Shown here: positions 30,493 through 38,725 of the stretch, one piece after another
How positions within the stretch are numbered: the first letter of the stretch is position 1
Layout of the letters: every line of letters starts with the position of its first letter
Assembly (NCBI GenBank): GCA_000002435.2
Contig: CM018789.1
Source of the DNA: Giardia intestinalis
Taxonomy: Eukaryota
Direction: 5' to 3' (one strand)
DNA: 64,000 nucleotides
Made by a program: the position numbers and the translations under genes
Notes under the pieces: model-generated
Told to the model about the DNA's origin: nothing
Database searches by the model: none
Seen by the model: only the letters and a program-made list of their open reading frames with translations

Positions 30493-32667
30493 TTACTCGT
30501 GAGCTCGTGGAGCAGCTTGGTGATCGTTGCAGTCATCGGCGCCCGGTGTACGGCTGTCCCTAAGGAAGGATGCTATCTCAGAGTAGCCCTTGGCCTCAAG
30601 CTTATCAAAGAAGGATTCATTAGACTTGTCTATTAGATGCCCCTCCTTTTCAAATAGCAGCTTCACTATCTCTAAGCGGCCGCCATACGCTGCGTGCACG
30701 ATAGCGGGTAAGCCATGGGGATCCAGCATGCAGCCTTCGCGCTCCATCAACAGCTGCACTACTTCTGCATGATTCTCAGAGGCAGCCTTCATGAGGGCGG
30801 TCGCACCACAACCATCCCGTGCCCTACTCTCATATGGCATCAGCAGTCGTACTGCTGCTACGTGGCCGCATATTGCTGCTTGTATTAGCGCTGTCCCAGT
30901 AGGTGCCAATCGCTTCTTCTGGACGGGTATGAGTGCGCTTACTGCTAATGTGTCGTTTCTTTTCGCGGCCCGCATGAGCGCTGTGACGCCCCTATCATCG
31001 GTTGGGTCGAGAGCCTCCACCACAGCTTCGTGTCCTGCCTCTGCCGCAAGGATCAGGGCCGTGTTGCCTTGTCTGTCGGTCAGGTCCTCCTCGTACGGAG
31101 CCAGAACAGAAGCAGCCTCCGCATGGCCCTCCTGTGCAGCAATCATCAGAGCAGTACGGCCGTTCTTGCTCTTCCTCCCATGCTCATGAGGGATGAGAAT
31201 CCTAGCTACCTCAGGATGGTTCCCGTGTGCGGCGTGCATGAGCGCGGTCCAGCCGTTTTTATCTTTGAGACCCTTCTCCTTCTCAACAAGCAGCTTGACA
31301 GGACCAATGTGCCCCTGCTGGGCCGCGTGCATGAGGGCCGTCATCCCCCGCTCGTCGCGCTGACCGATACAATCTTTCTCGTTGGCCAGCATCTGGACAG
31401 TCTCCATGTCATTCGTGTGTGCAGCGTATATCAGTTGAGGCAGCGCGGAGAGGTTGATCTGGGGGCTACTCGTGTTCATCCCACTACTAGATTGTGCAAG
31501 CTTATCCTCCAGTGCCTTAATCATGGCTAAATACTCCTTGCACTGATCTTCAAGCGCGTCGATCCTGGTGGTCTTGAGTCGGGGCTCCTGTCCCAGGGCG
31601 TCGGCCTCACTTGGCCTGTTCTCAAGAGCGCCCTTTAGAGAGGCAATCTCAGCAGACCTGGCGTCGAGGGCTGCCTCAAGAGCAGTGACCTTATCCGACT
31701 CGACCTTGAGCTCGTCCTTCAGAAGCACGATATTAGCATTAGCACTGTTCAAAGCAGCCTCCAAGGCGCTGCATTTGTCTTCTAGTGCCACACACCGATG
31801 CCCCAGCTCACTAACTGGGATTTCTGCTGTGGCGAGCGTCTCGTGCAGCTCCCTGGCCGTCGGCCTCCTCTCTGGCTCCAGCACGAATATCCTTTCCAGA
31901 ATGCTCTTTATGAAGCCATCAGTGACACCGCTCAGGTTCGGCCTCCACCCGTCAACGAAGACGTCTTTTGGGTCTTTACCTTCTAGGAAGTCCGGTCTCC
32001 TCAGAATAGTAAGCTCGTAGACGATGACCCCGAGGCTCCACACATCGGAGGCAGGGCTGGTCTCGTTGTGGAGGAGCACCTCGGGGGCCATGTACGGCCT
32101 TGTTATCGCGGTGATGCTCCCGCCTCTCAGGGCGTTCCTGCAGAGGCCGAGACCAGCGATGACGAAGTACTCACCATCTGCGCTGATAAATATATTGGCA
32201 GGCCTGAGGTCGCGGTGGACGAGCCCCCTAGTACCTATCCCACTGAGGCCGTAGAGATAGGCGAGGGCGGCAGCGACCTGCCTCAGGACGGAGAGAATCA
32301 CAGCGATAGGGACGGGGATCTTCCTTCGCTTGTGTTCAGTGAGGAGGCACTCGAGAGTCTTGTCGTGGCGGTCCGTGACGACGTAGATGAAGTCATCATC
32401 CTCGACCACTTGATGGTGCTTGAGGACCCCCGGATGGGAGAGGTCGAGAAGGGTGGCCAGCTCTAGTCTGATGGTGTCCAGATCCCCCTTGTCCAGGCCG
32501 TCGAGCAGGACCTCCTTTACGGCGAGGCCCAGATAATCCTTGAGAGAGTAGACTGTTCCCGCGGGACTTTCATTAAGCACGTCATTCAGTTGCTTGTAGA
32601 GCCCTCTGAGAGTGAACGGTGGGACACTGAAAGCTATTGTTGCGGATCCAGACGAAGCAGCGTGCAT
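30493..32667 (-). CDS. NEK-like protein kinase domain fused to C-terminal coiled-coil and ankyrin repeats. The kinase is predicted catalytically inactive (pseudokinase).
   Basis: Kinase core contains LAVKEV, HRDLRPANIF, the DFG position occupied by GLG (IAGLGLCR), and YMAPEV. It is followed by a coiled coil (ALEDKCSALEAALNSANANIVLLKDELK...) and more than six TALMHAA/TALMIAA ankyrin units. The track ORF starts at TTG with a junk-like 100-aa extension. I chose the ATG of MHAASSG (codon 102), but upstream ATGs at codons 21 and 66 remain possible. Confidence 0.7.
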   Translation of the reverse strand: MHAASSGSATIAFSVPPFTLRGLYKQLNDVLNESPAGTVYSLKDYLGLAVKEVLLDGLDKGDLDTIRLELATLLDLSHPGVLKHHQVVEDDDFIYVVTDRHDKTLECLLTEHKRRKIPVPIAVILSVLRQVAAALAYLYGLSGIGTRGLVHRDLRPANIFISADGEYFVIAGLGLCRNALRGGSITAITRPYMAPEVLLHNETSPASDVWSLGVIVYELTILRRPDFLEGKDPKDVFVDGWRPNLSGVTDGFIKSILERIFVLEPERRPTARELHETLATAEIPVSELGHRCVALEDKCSALEAALNSANANIVLLKDELKVESDKVTALEAALDARSAEIASLKGALENRPSEADALGQEPRLKTTRIDALEDQCKEYLAMIKALEDKLAQSSSGMNTSSPQINLSALPQLIYAAHTNDMETVQMLANEKDCIGQRDERGMTALMHAAQQGHIGPVKLLVEKEKGLKDKNGWTALMHAAHGNHPEVARILIPHEHGRKSKNGRTALMIAAQEGHAEAASVLAPYEEDLTDRQGNTALILAAEAGHEAVVEALDPTDDRGVTALMRAAKRNDTLAVSALIPVQKKRLAPTGTALIQAAICGHVAAVRLLMPYESRARDGCGATALMKAASENHAEVVQLLMEREGCMLDPHGLPAIVHAAYGGRLEIVKLLFEKEGHLIDKSNESFFDKLEAKGYSEIASFLRDSRTPGADDCNDHQAAPRAHE

Positions 32668-32973
32668 CCTGGTTTTATTATTTTGGTAATCTACAGTTTT
32701 GGAAACGATCCGTTTCCACAGGAGTTTATGTCTACAGATCTGTAGTGGTCCAATACTTGCGGAGGGCTTCTGCATCAGGAGCGAGAAGGCCACCTGTGCG
32801 ACCGTTTCACCCACCGGTGTCCTAGCGCTGACCGAGGGTGAGAAGGTCTGTTCCCCCTGGCCTCTGCGGAAACGGGTGGCTGTGTGACCCACTAACAGCC
32901 ACCACTTCATTAGGGTGTCTGTTTGCTGCACAGCTTGAGGGGAATCCGATCTATCATCAAATGCAACCAACAG

Positions 32974-33714
32974 TTAGGCGCGTTCACTCACGGGCTTTCT
33001 GGGCGGCATCCGTAGACAGGGCTCCTCCAGTCCAACGCCTTCACTCTTGAGAAGAGACACCACTTTGGAATGACCGTTCATATCAGCTACGCAAAGAGCA
33101 GACCTGCTGCTTATGTACTTCTCCTTCTCCAACAGCAATTTGACACACTCCAAACAACCAAAGTATGCTGCAATTGTGAGGGCAGTCCAGCCCCTGTCCC
33201 TCTCCATGCAGCCCTCAGCATCCAGGAGTAGCCTCACAACCTCGATACGCTCGTTGGCTGTCGCCCACATGAGGGCCGTGTACTCATTGTTACTCCTCAT
33301 GCAACGCTCGTGCTTCATCAGCAGCTTCACCGCCTCAACGTGTCCGAGCACCGCGGCGACCATCATGGCTGTCCCCTCGTATATCTCTACCATCCCTGCC
33401 CTGACAAGCTTCGCCACCATCCTTGCCTGCTGAGGAATGTAGCGCTTCACTGCATCCACGTCGTTTCGCTTGGCCGCCTTCATGAGGTCGGTGACGCCAT
33501 CCTCATCCTCACCAATTGCTCGCGGAGGCCTAGCGGGGCTGTTCTCGCCCACATCCTCCTCATCTGTGTCCTTCTCAGACATGAGGGGCGGGGTGTCGTC
33601 GTGCTCCTGAGAGCAGTGATCTGAATCATCTGTAGACGACATTTTTATTCCATGGTCACAAAGGAAACGCGTGCACTGGTAAACTTGCGATTCACGGTAT
33701 TGTTTACAGATCAT
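32974..33714 (-). CDS. Ankyrin-repeat protein (21.1-like), acidic N-terminus
   Basis: Ankyrin units are TDLMKAAKRNDVDAVKRYI, TAMMVAAVLGHVEAVKLLM, TALMWATANERIEVVRLLL, TALTIAAYFGCLECVKLLL, and CVADMNGHSKVVSLL. ATG at 33714. An alternative ATG with an A-rich context (ggaataaaaATGtcg) at about 33642 would give MSSTDDSD.... Confidence 0.7.
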   Translation of the reverse strand: MICKQYRESQVYQCTRFLCDHGIKMSSTDDSDHCSQEHDDTPPLMSEKDTDEEDVGENSPARPPRAIGEDEDGVTDLMKAAKRNDVDAVKRYIPQQARMVAKLVRAGMVEIYEGTAMMVAAVLGHVEAVKLLMKHERCMRSNNEYTALMWATANERIEVVRLLLDAEGCMERDRGWTALTIAAYFGCLECVKLLLEKEKYISSRSALCVADMNGHSKVVSLLKSEGVGLEEPCLRMPPRKPVSERA

Positions 33715-33943
33715 CCAGATAGCGCACCAAACACAGATTGTACGCCCTGGATCCCCTCTGCCCTTCTTGCCTTGTGTGGTAAGTGAACAGTAAGGGTGGC
33801 CTCGGCCATGATGTCAGGAACGCTGTGAGCAGAAGAATTTACTCTGTTTCATCGAAGTTTGTTTTTCAGCTGCCGTTCGAGCAACTCCATCCATGCGGGC
33901 CATCATGCTGGGCGGGTTTCTTGTTCATTCACCCATTCGAGAT

Positions 33944-34008
33944 TCAAACTTCGCAAGTCAGATTATCATCCACTTCTGACGGAAGAAGAACTTTATGCCT
34001 CCCTCCAA
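33944..34008 (+). repeat. Copy 2 of the imperfect ~60-bp direct repeat (partner at 24699-24756)
   Basis: See copy 1. Same orientation, 9.2 kb apart, bracketing the GC-rich block that holds the pseudogene relics and three ankyrin/NEK genes. Confidence 0.4.
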
Positions 34009-35059
34009 GGTGATAATGAATGCACCGGAGAATCTGCAGCTGGCAGTGGATGCGCCAGTCACCCACCAGCCAAACCGAACTGGTCGAGATAGACTCACCA
34101 CGCGACCCCTACGGATCCCTCGGAGGGCAGGCCTGCCCTGTGGACGCCTGGCTCGGGCAGAAGCGGACCGAGCTCCTGGCTACGCAGGACAGCGGCGGTC
34201 GGGAGTCCACCACAAGCAGCTGCGCGGTGCTTGACACCTCGACGTGAGACGTGGCATCACAGCAGGCTGCCGAGCGGGACGGCCCGTGGTGGGCAACGCA
34301 TCATACACGAACAGTGCCCTGACCGCCCCGATGCTCCCGGACATGCCCCTCGAAGAGCTGTGGCCGGGCCAGCCTCTCCAGCTGAACGACCCATGGCTCC
34401 ACGTACACTCTGCGGCACGGATGGGTGCAGACCACACCAGCCGAGCCGGCACACTGCACAGGGTGTGTGCCTGCGAGTGTGTACTGGCTGCTGACCATCT
34501 GGCACCACAGGTGCACTACGGTTCATGAGCAGAAGGGCGGGCCGGGCATCTCCTCCGCGCCAACCAAGGGTCGACATGGGGGTCCATGGACACATGCTAC
34601 AGTCCAGGAGGACACATGGCGAGCGCACCCCGACAGCAGGACCGATGGTCCACTCCACGAGGAGGCGAGGAGGAACCCGAGTCGACACTTGAGGCTATGA
34701 CACGTACGATCTTCGTTATGGAGCGCCAACACAACAAGGTGACCTTGGGCTACATGGCCAAGATCGTTGCCACAACTGACGGTAGGCCCCCTGGGGCTGG
34801 CCATAGAGGGGGAAGTCCTTAGAAGGCACTGCAGGAAACCTGCAACACCTCCCAAGAGAGATGAACATAAAGTTCTTCCCCTCCCGCCGGAATCCAAGAG
34901 CATCAAATTTTCGGGTTCTGGATTTCAGACAGATGGACAAGCAGGAGACCCGCTTGGTGAAGCGGCCCGCACAAGGAGATTTACTCAGACAATAGCTAGC
35001 AAACTAACCTTGACAATTACTTGTAAACTAGGCCATGAACCTGTGCGACTATGTAAATT

Positions 35060-35464
35060 TTATTGACCTCCGAAGAGTTCTATAATTGCAGTACGGGTCT
35101 GCTTGAAAGTATCCTGCATAGACATCAGAGCTTGTGTTTCAAACCTTGCGCTTTCTAATTCCGCGTTTTGCAGAGATAGCTTTAGAAGGTTAACGCCGGC
35201 AGAGTGAGCAGCTGAGACGTCCTGGGCAGCGATACTCATTGACAGACTAAGAGCAAGCTTCCGCTTAGCTTCTGCTTCCGCTGACACGTCTTCGAGCTGT
35301 GTGTGGATGTAAGAAGATGCTTGGTCAAACTCTCCGAGAGCCTCCTGATATTCTGAAGCAATCGCGACAATATCCTCAGCAGCCTTTCTGTGAGCCACGT
35401 GCAGGATGCGCACGCGCTGATCGTCGTCAAACATAATGCAGCCATCAGAAGCCGATTCTGTCAT
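35060..35464 (-). CDS. Small hypothetical protein (134 aa), helical/coiled-coil-like
   Basis: ATG start (MTESASDG). The composition is protein-like (EDVSAEAEAKRKLALSLSMSIAAQDVSAAHSAGVNLLKLSLQNAELESARFETQALMSMQD). It is the first gene after the GC-rich junk and lies 48 bp downstream of the next gene's stop. Confidence 0.45.
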   Translation of the reverse strand: MTESASDGCIMFDDDQRVRILHVAHRKAAEDIVAIASEYQEALGEFDQASSYIHTQLEDVSAEAEAKRKLALSLSMSIAAQDVSAAHSAGVNLLKLSLQNAELESARFETQALMSMQDTFKQTRTAIIELFGGQ

Positions 35465-35512
35465 TTTTGGGCTGTTTGCAATTTACTATCTCATTGTGAG
35501 TCGCTACATAGC

Positions 35513-36598
35513 TCAAAGCACCTGGAGGATCATCGCTGTGAGGACCTGACTTAGATGATTGTCTTGGCACTCTGCCATAAAGACCTCCAGGGCAGAATCC
35601 GAGTTCATCCCCCGATGAATCTTTACTATCGCCCGCTTGGCCGCAGCCAGAGTCTGCTGGTCTGATGTGCTCCTAAGAAACTCATCCATCCTGTCAATCA
35701 GTTCCTCTGACAAGTCTAGCGCCTGATGATGGGGCCTGTAAACCCGCTTGACTATCGAGTTACTTTCCATAAAGGACTGAGTAAGAGTACTGACACTGCT
35801 GTCGATGTTCGAATGACCAGGGTTGCGTATTGCTCGGAGTCCTTGAAATAGATCCTCTAAGTCAGCAACTAGTGCGGCCTCGTCTCCTAGAAACGCGCCA
35901 GAGTGCCTCTTTGGTCGCTGCCTCCCTGGTGCGGGACCATCTGTGATCTGAGAGGACGCCACAACAGCTGTTCGGGAGTCATGGATGTCTGGCACGTCGT
36001 ATTCACCGCTCTGCAGAGAGTATTGCACATTGCTGTTAGAACCTTCTCCTCGCTGATTATACTGAGTTGTCTCGTACCCCTTGTATGCCTGGTCCCGCTG
36101 GCTCTTAGACCCAGCCATCGCCGCTGACTGCACGTCGTAAACATCCCGCCGGCCAGGTTTTCCGCTTCCGTTGAACTGATGATCACGAGTACCACGTTCT
36201 GTACGATGGCGATTTTCTATGTACTGAAGCAGCTCTTCATCCTCCATTTCCCTGTTATGTTGTGACCTAGCGTTATATCGGGGTGGTGGACTGCCCTCCT
36301 GGCCATAGTACTCGGTAGTCCCCGCGGCATCATAAAGATATGGCCTGCTGCCCCCTGGTCCCATGCTTCTAGATCCGTGACCCCGGGAAGCACGTGATCC
36401 CCTAGAGAGAAACGAGGCGGACGGAGAAGAAACGCGGGTGCCATCTGTCCCGGAAATGTACTGCGCCGGTTTACCAAAGCGCTCTTGAATCGTCCGCTGC
36501 ATATTGTTAAACCGACGCACGTGTTCTTTGAACATGAATCCGTCGGACACAAAAGGAAGACGACTTGTACGATTCTGCACACTTGGTGACAAGGGCAT
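35513..36598 (-). CDS. Hypothetical protein (361 aa) with a low-complexity G/S/R-rich centre
   Basis: ATG start with an A-rich context (aattaaaaatctgacaaaATGccc). The N-terminus is MPLSPSVQNRTSRLPFVSDGFMFKEHVRRFNNMQRTIQERFGK. I see no known catalytic motif. Confidence 0.55.
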   Translation of the reverse strand: MPLSPSVQNRTSRLPFVSDGFMFKEHVRRFNNMQRTIQERFGKPAQYISGTDGTRVSSPSASFLSRGSRASRGHGSRSMGPGGSRPYLYDAAGTTEYYGQEGSPPPRYNARSQHNREMEDEELLQYIENRHRTERGTRDHQFNGSGKPGRRDVYDVQSAAMAGSKSQRDQAYKGYETTQYNQRGEGSNSNVQYSLQSGEYDVPDIHDSRTAVVASSQITDGPAPGRQRPKRHSGAFLGDEAALVADLEDLFQGLRAIRNPGHSNIDSSVSTLTQSFMESNSIVKRVYRPHHQALDLSEELIDRMDEFLRSTSDQQTLAAAKRAIVKIHRGMNSDSALEVFMAECQDNHLSQVLTAMILQVL

Positions 36599-36610
36599 TT
36601 TGTCAGATTT

Positions 36611-38548
36611 TTAATTTTCCGCCGATTCACAATTTAATGCGGAGTCAGACGCTACATTGCGCCGCGTTGGACTTCCCAGCACAGGGATTCCAAAGAAACC
36701 AAGGTGAAGTGAAAAGATTGACGCCAGGTCACGAAGGTGTCTTTTTGACATCTTTGTGTCTTGACAAACAAGTGCTGTAAGCCACGGAGTAGACGCCCCA
36801 TAGCGCTGCACTATGAGAATAGCAACATGAAGTGCCACAAAGGAGCATCCAGTTTGGGTCAACACTTCGAGTTGAGCTAGATCGAGCACAAATGAGTTCA
36901 AAAATGGAGCAAGCGGGCTAGTTACATATTGATTGATCAGTTCTGTCTTTACTTTATCGCAATCTATCTCCTTTTTAATTATCTGTATTGCACAATCATA
37001 ATCCAGACACCTCCCTGCTTCTGTAAGAGCGGCTATGTACCAATTTAAATTTGTGCCAGATGGATCAGGATTTATAGAAGGTGCGGTATTCCAACTGTAT
37101 TTGCATCTGCACAATGAGCACAAGCTTGGCTCCACACATTTGCTGCCAAATATGCAGTGCTCAGCTCCAGCTTTGTGGGTCTGCTTAGAGCGCTCACAGA
37201 GCGCTAAGAAATAGACGGAGCAAAAGGGCGAGTTATGGGCTGTCAACATAAAAAAGGAGGAGCCGGAAGAAGCCAACGCAGTTATTCCGATTGGCTTCAC
37301 CTTTGTGGATTGCATGCTAATGCAATTCTGTAGCGACATCCGTTTCAGCTGTGATTTGGATAACGGTGGGAACCTAGCTGTCAACCGAAAGCACTCATCT
37401 CCGCAGGAATACACAACTGCCAGAGTGTTTCCCATAATATTACTAGATAGTATTCGTGAAGAAAAAGCATCCAACAGGTCCAAATCAGCTGTTGATGATA
37501 TAACAATCGAATAAGCTGTATCTCCATAGATTAAGATAATCAGTCCGCGAAGAAGCAAGAGAACTCCTTGTTTATCAACTGTTTGCTGGATTTGTAGAAC
37601 GGCGTTGTACGTGGTCAAAGTATCTCCGTGGCTGGTACAGAGATAAGCGGTCATATTGGAACGAAGAATGGCGTACGCAACTTTCTTCCCAGATACAGCA
37701 ACAAGCGAGACAATGCTATTGCTCTCAAAACTGCACACCCGCACTAATCCACTGCATGTTCCACTGTACACCGTTCCTGTCGAAGACATGGCATGAACCT
37801 CTGTGTAGTCAGTTGATATATGGGTCAGTACCTTAGCCCCATGCGGAACTAAGTGCGGTTGCAGTTGCAGTGGCGGCACAACGTGCACACTATTAAGTTC
37901 TGTGGAGTATAGACGACCATTAGAGAGAAAGTAGAGGGTATTTTGGAGCATAGAACACATTGTTACGTTATATCCAAGGACAACCTTGGAGGATAAGATG
38001 CGTGAACTCATAGATATCATGCACAGAAGAAGGGACCCGGCAGATGTTACAAGGACAACATGACATATATTGTCTTTGACAGTTACAGATACAATACAGA
38101 CGGGCACATCTGCGTCGGTCAGTGCATGCATTGGATGACACATGTCAACAAGAAAATCAGTGCATCCTTTAGCATCACCTCCATGACAACCCTGGGATGG
38201 GATCTCCACTCTCATGTGAACGGAAAAGGGAAGCTGAAGTAAGGACATTGGTTGTGTAACAGCACAAGATTCGATACTTATGAGGGTAGCCCCTGACCTA
38301 GATGTCCAGATGGGAACATCGTGAAGCGTGAGGCTTGATGCATTGGCTAATAGTCTGCTTTTTGCCTTGCGCTCATGAGGAAGACGACTATAAGGCATTC
38401 GATGTGATAATCCCGTGATGGATAAGTGCACATTTTCTTGTACGCTGGCCGGCAGAGCTGCAATTATTTGGCTGAGTTGTACACGTGTTGCTGTTGTCGT
38501 TGCTTCTGGTGCAATTGGATCGCACGTTTCCTCGAGATTGCCAGGCAT
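36611..38548 (-). CDS. Hypothetical protein (645 aa) with a beta-rich N-terminal half and a Cys cluster (CIFGSKCVEPSLCSLCRCKYSWN)
   Basis: ATG start after taaagttaaaagATG. The stop lies only 12 bp upstream of the following gene's ATG (36598). The C/H cluster is reminiscent of the small zinc fingers in vesicle-tethering proteins, but I cannot assign it. Confidence 0.55.
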   Translation of the reverse strand: MPGNLEETCDPIAPEATTTATRVQLSQIIAALPASVQENVHLSITGLSHRMPYSRLPHERKAKSRLLANASSLTLHDVPIWTSRSGATLISIESCAVTQPMSLLQLPFSVHMRVEIPSQGCHGGDAKGCTDFLVDMCHPMHALTDADVPVCIVSVTVKDNICHVVLVTSAGSLLLCMISMSSRILSSKVVLGYNVTMCSMLQNTLYFLSNGRLYSTELNSVHVVPPLQLQPHLVPHGAKVLTHISTDYTEVHAMSSTGTVYSGTCSGLVRVCSFESNSIVSLVAVSGKKVAYAILRSNMTAYLCTSHGDTLTTYNAVLQIQQTVDKQGVLLLLRGLIILIYGDTAYSIVISSTADLDLLDAFSSRILSSNIMGNTLAVVYSCGDECFRLTARFPPLSKSQLKRMSLQNCISMQSTKVKPIGITALASSGSSFFMLTAHNSPFCSVYFLALCERSKQTHKAGAEHCIFGSKCVEPSLCSLCRCKYSWNTAPSINPDPSGTNLNWYIAALTEAGRCLDYDCAIQIIKKEIDCDKVKTELINQYVTSPLAPFLNSFVLDLAQLEVLTQTGCSFVALHVAILIVQRYGASTPWLTALVCQDTKMSKRHLRDLASIFSLHLGFFGIPVLGSPTRRNVASDSALNCESAEN

Positions 38549-38725
38549 CTTTTAACTTTATACTACGATTGGCTAGTAGGGCTAGCTTGGCTCCCTTTTG
38601 AGCGCTTGGCCCACGGATTAATTGCACTGAATGATAAATAGCAAAGCATAACGTGCATAATTTGACATTCCACCTTGTAATTCCTGTTTCATGATTCTAT
38701 TAATTTGCCCAATAATTCTTTTCCT

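Noticed and set aside
38705-38725. Track-reported non-ATG starts in general (TTG/GTG rendered as M), for example at 937, 5551, 17694, 23292, 38705, 45703, 46138 and 47302
   Set aside because: Giardia uses ATG initiators close to the transcript 5' end. In each case an in-frame ATG with an A-rich context lies 2-10 codons downstream, so the extended alternative-codon starts were not used.
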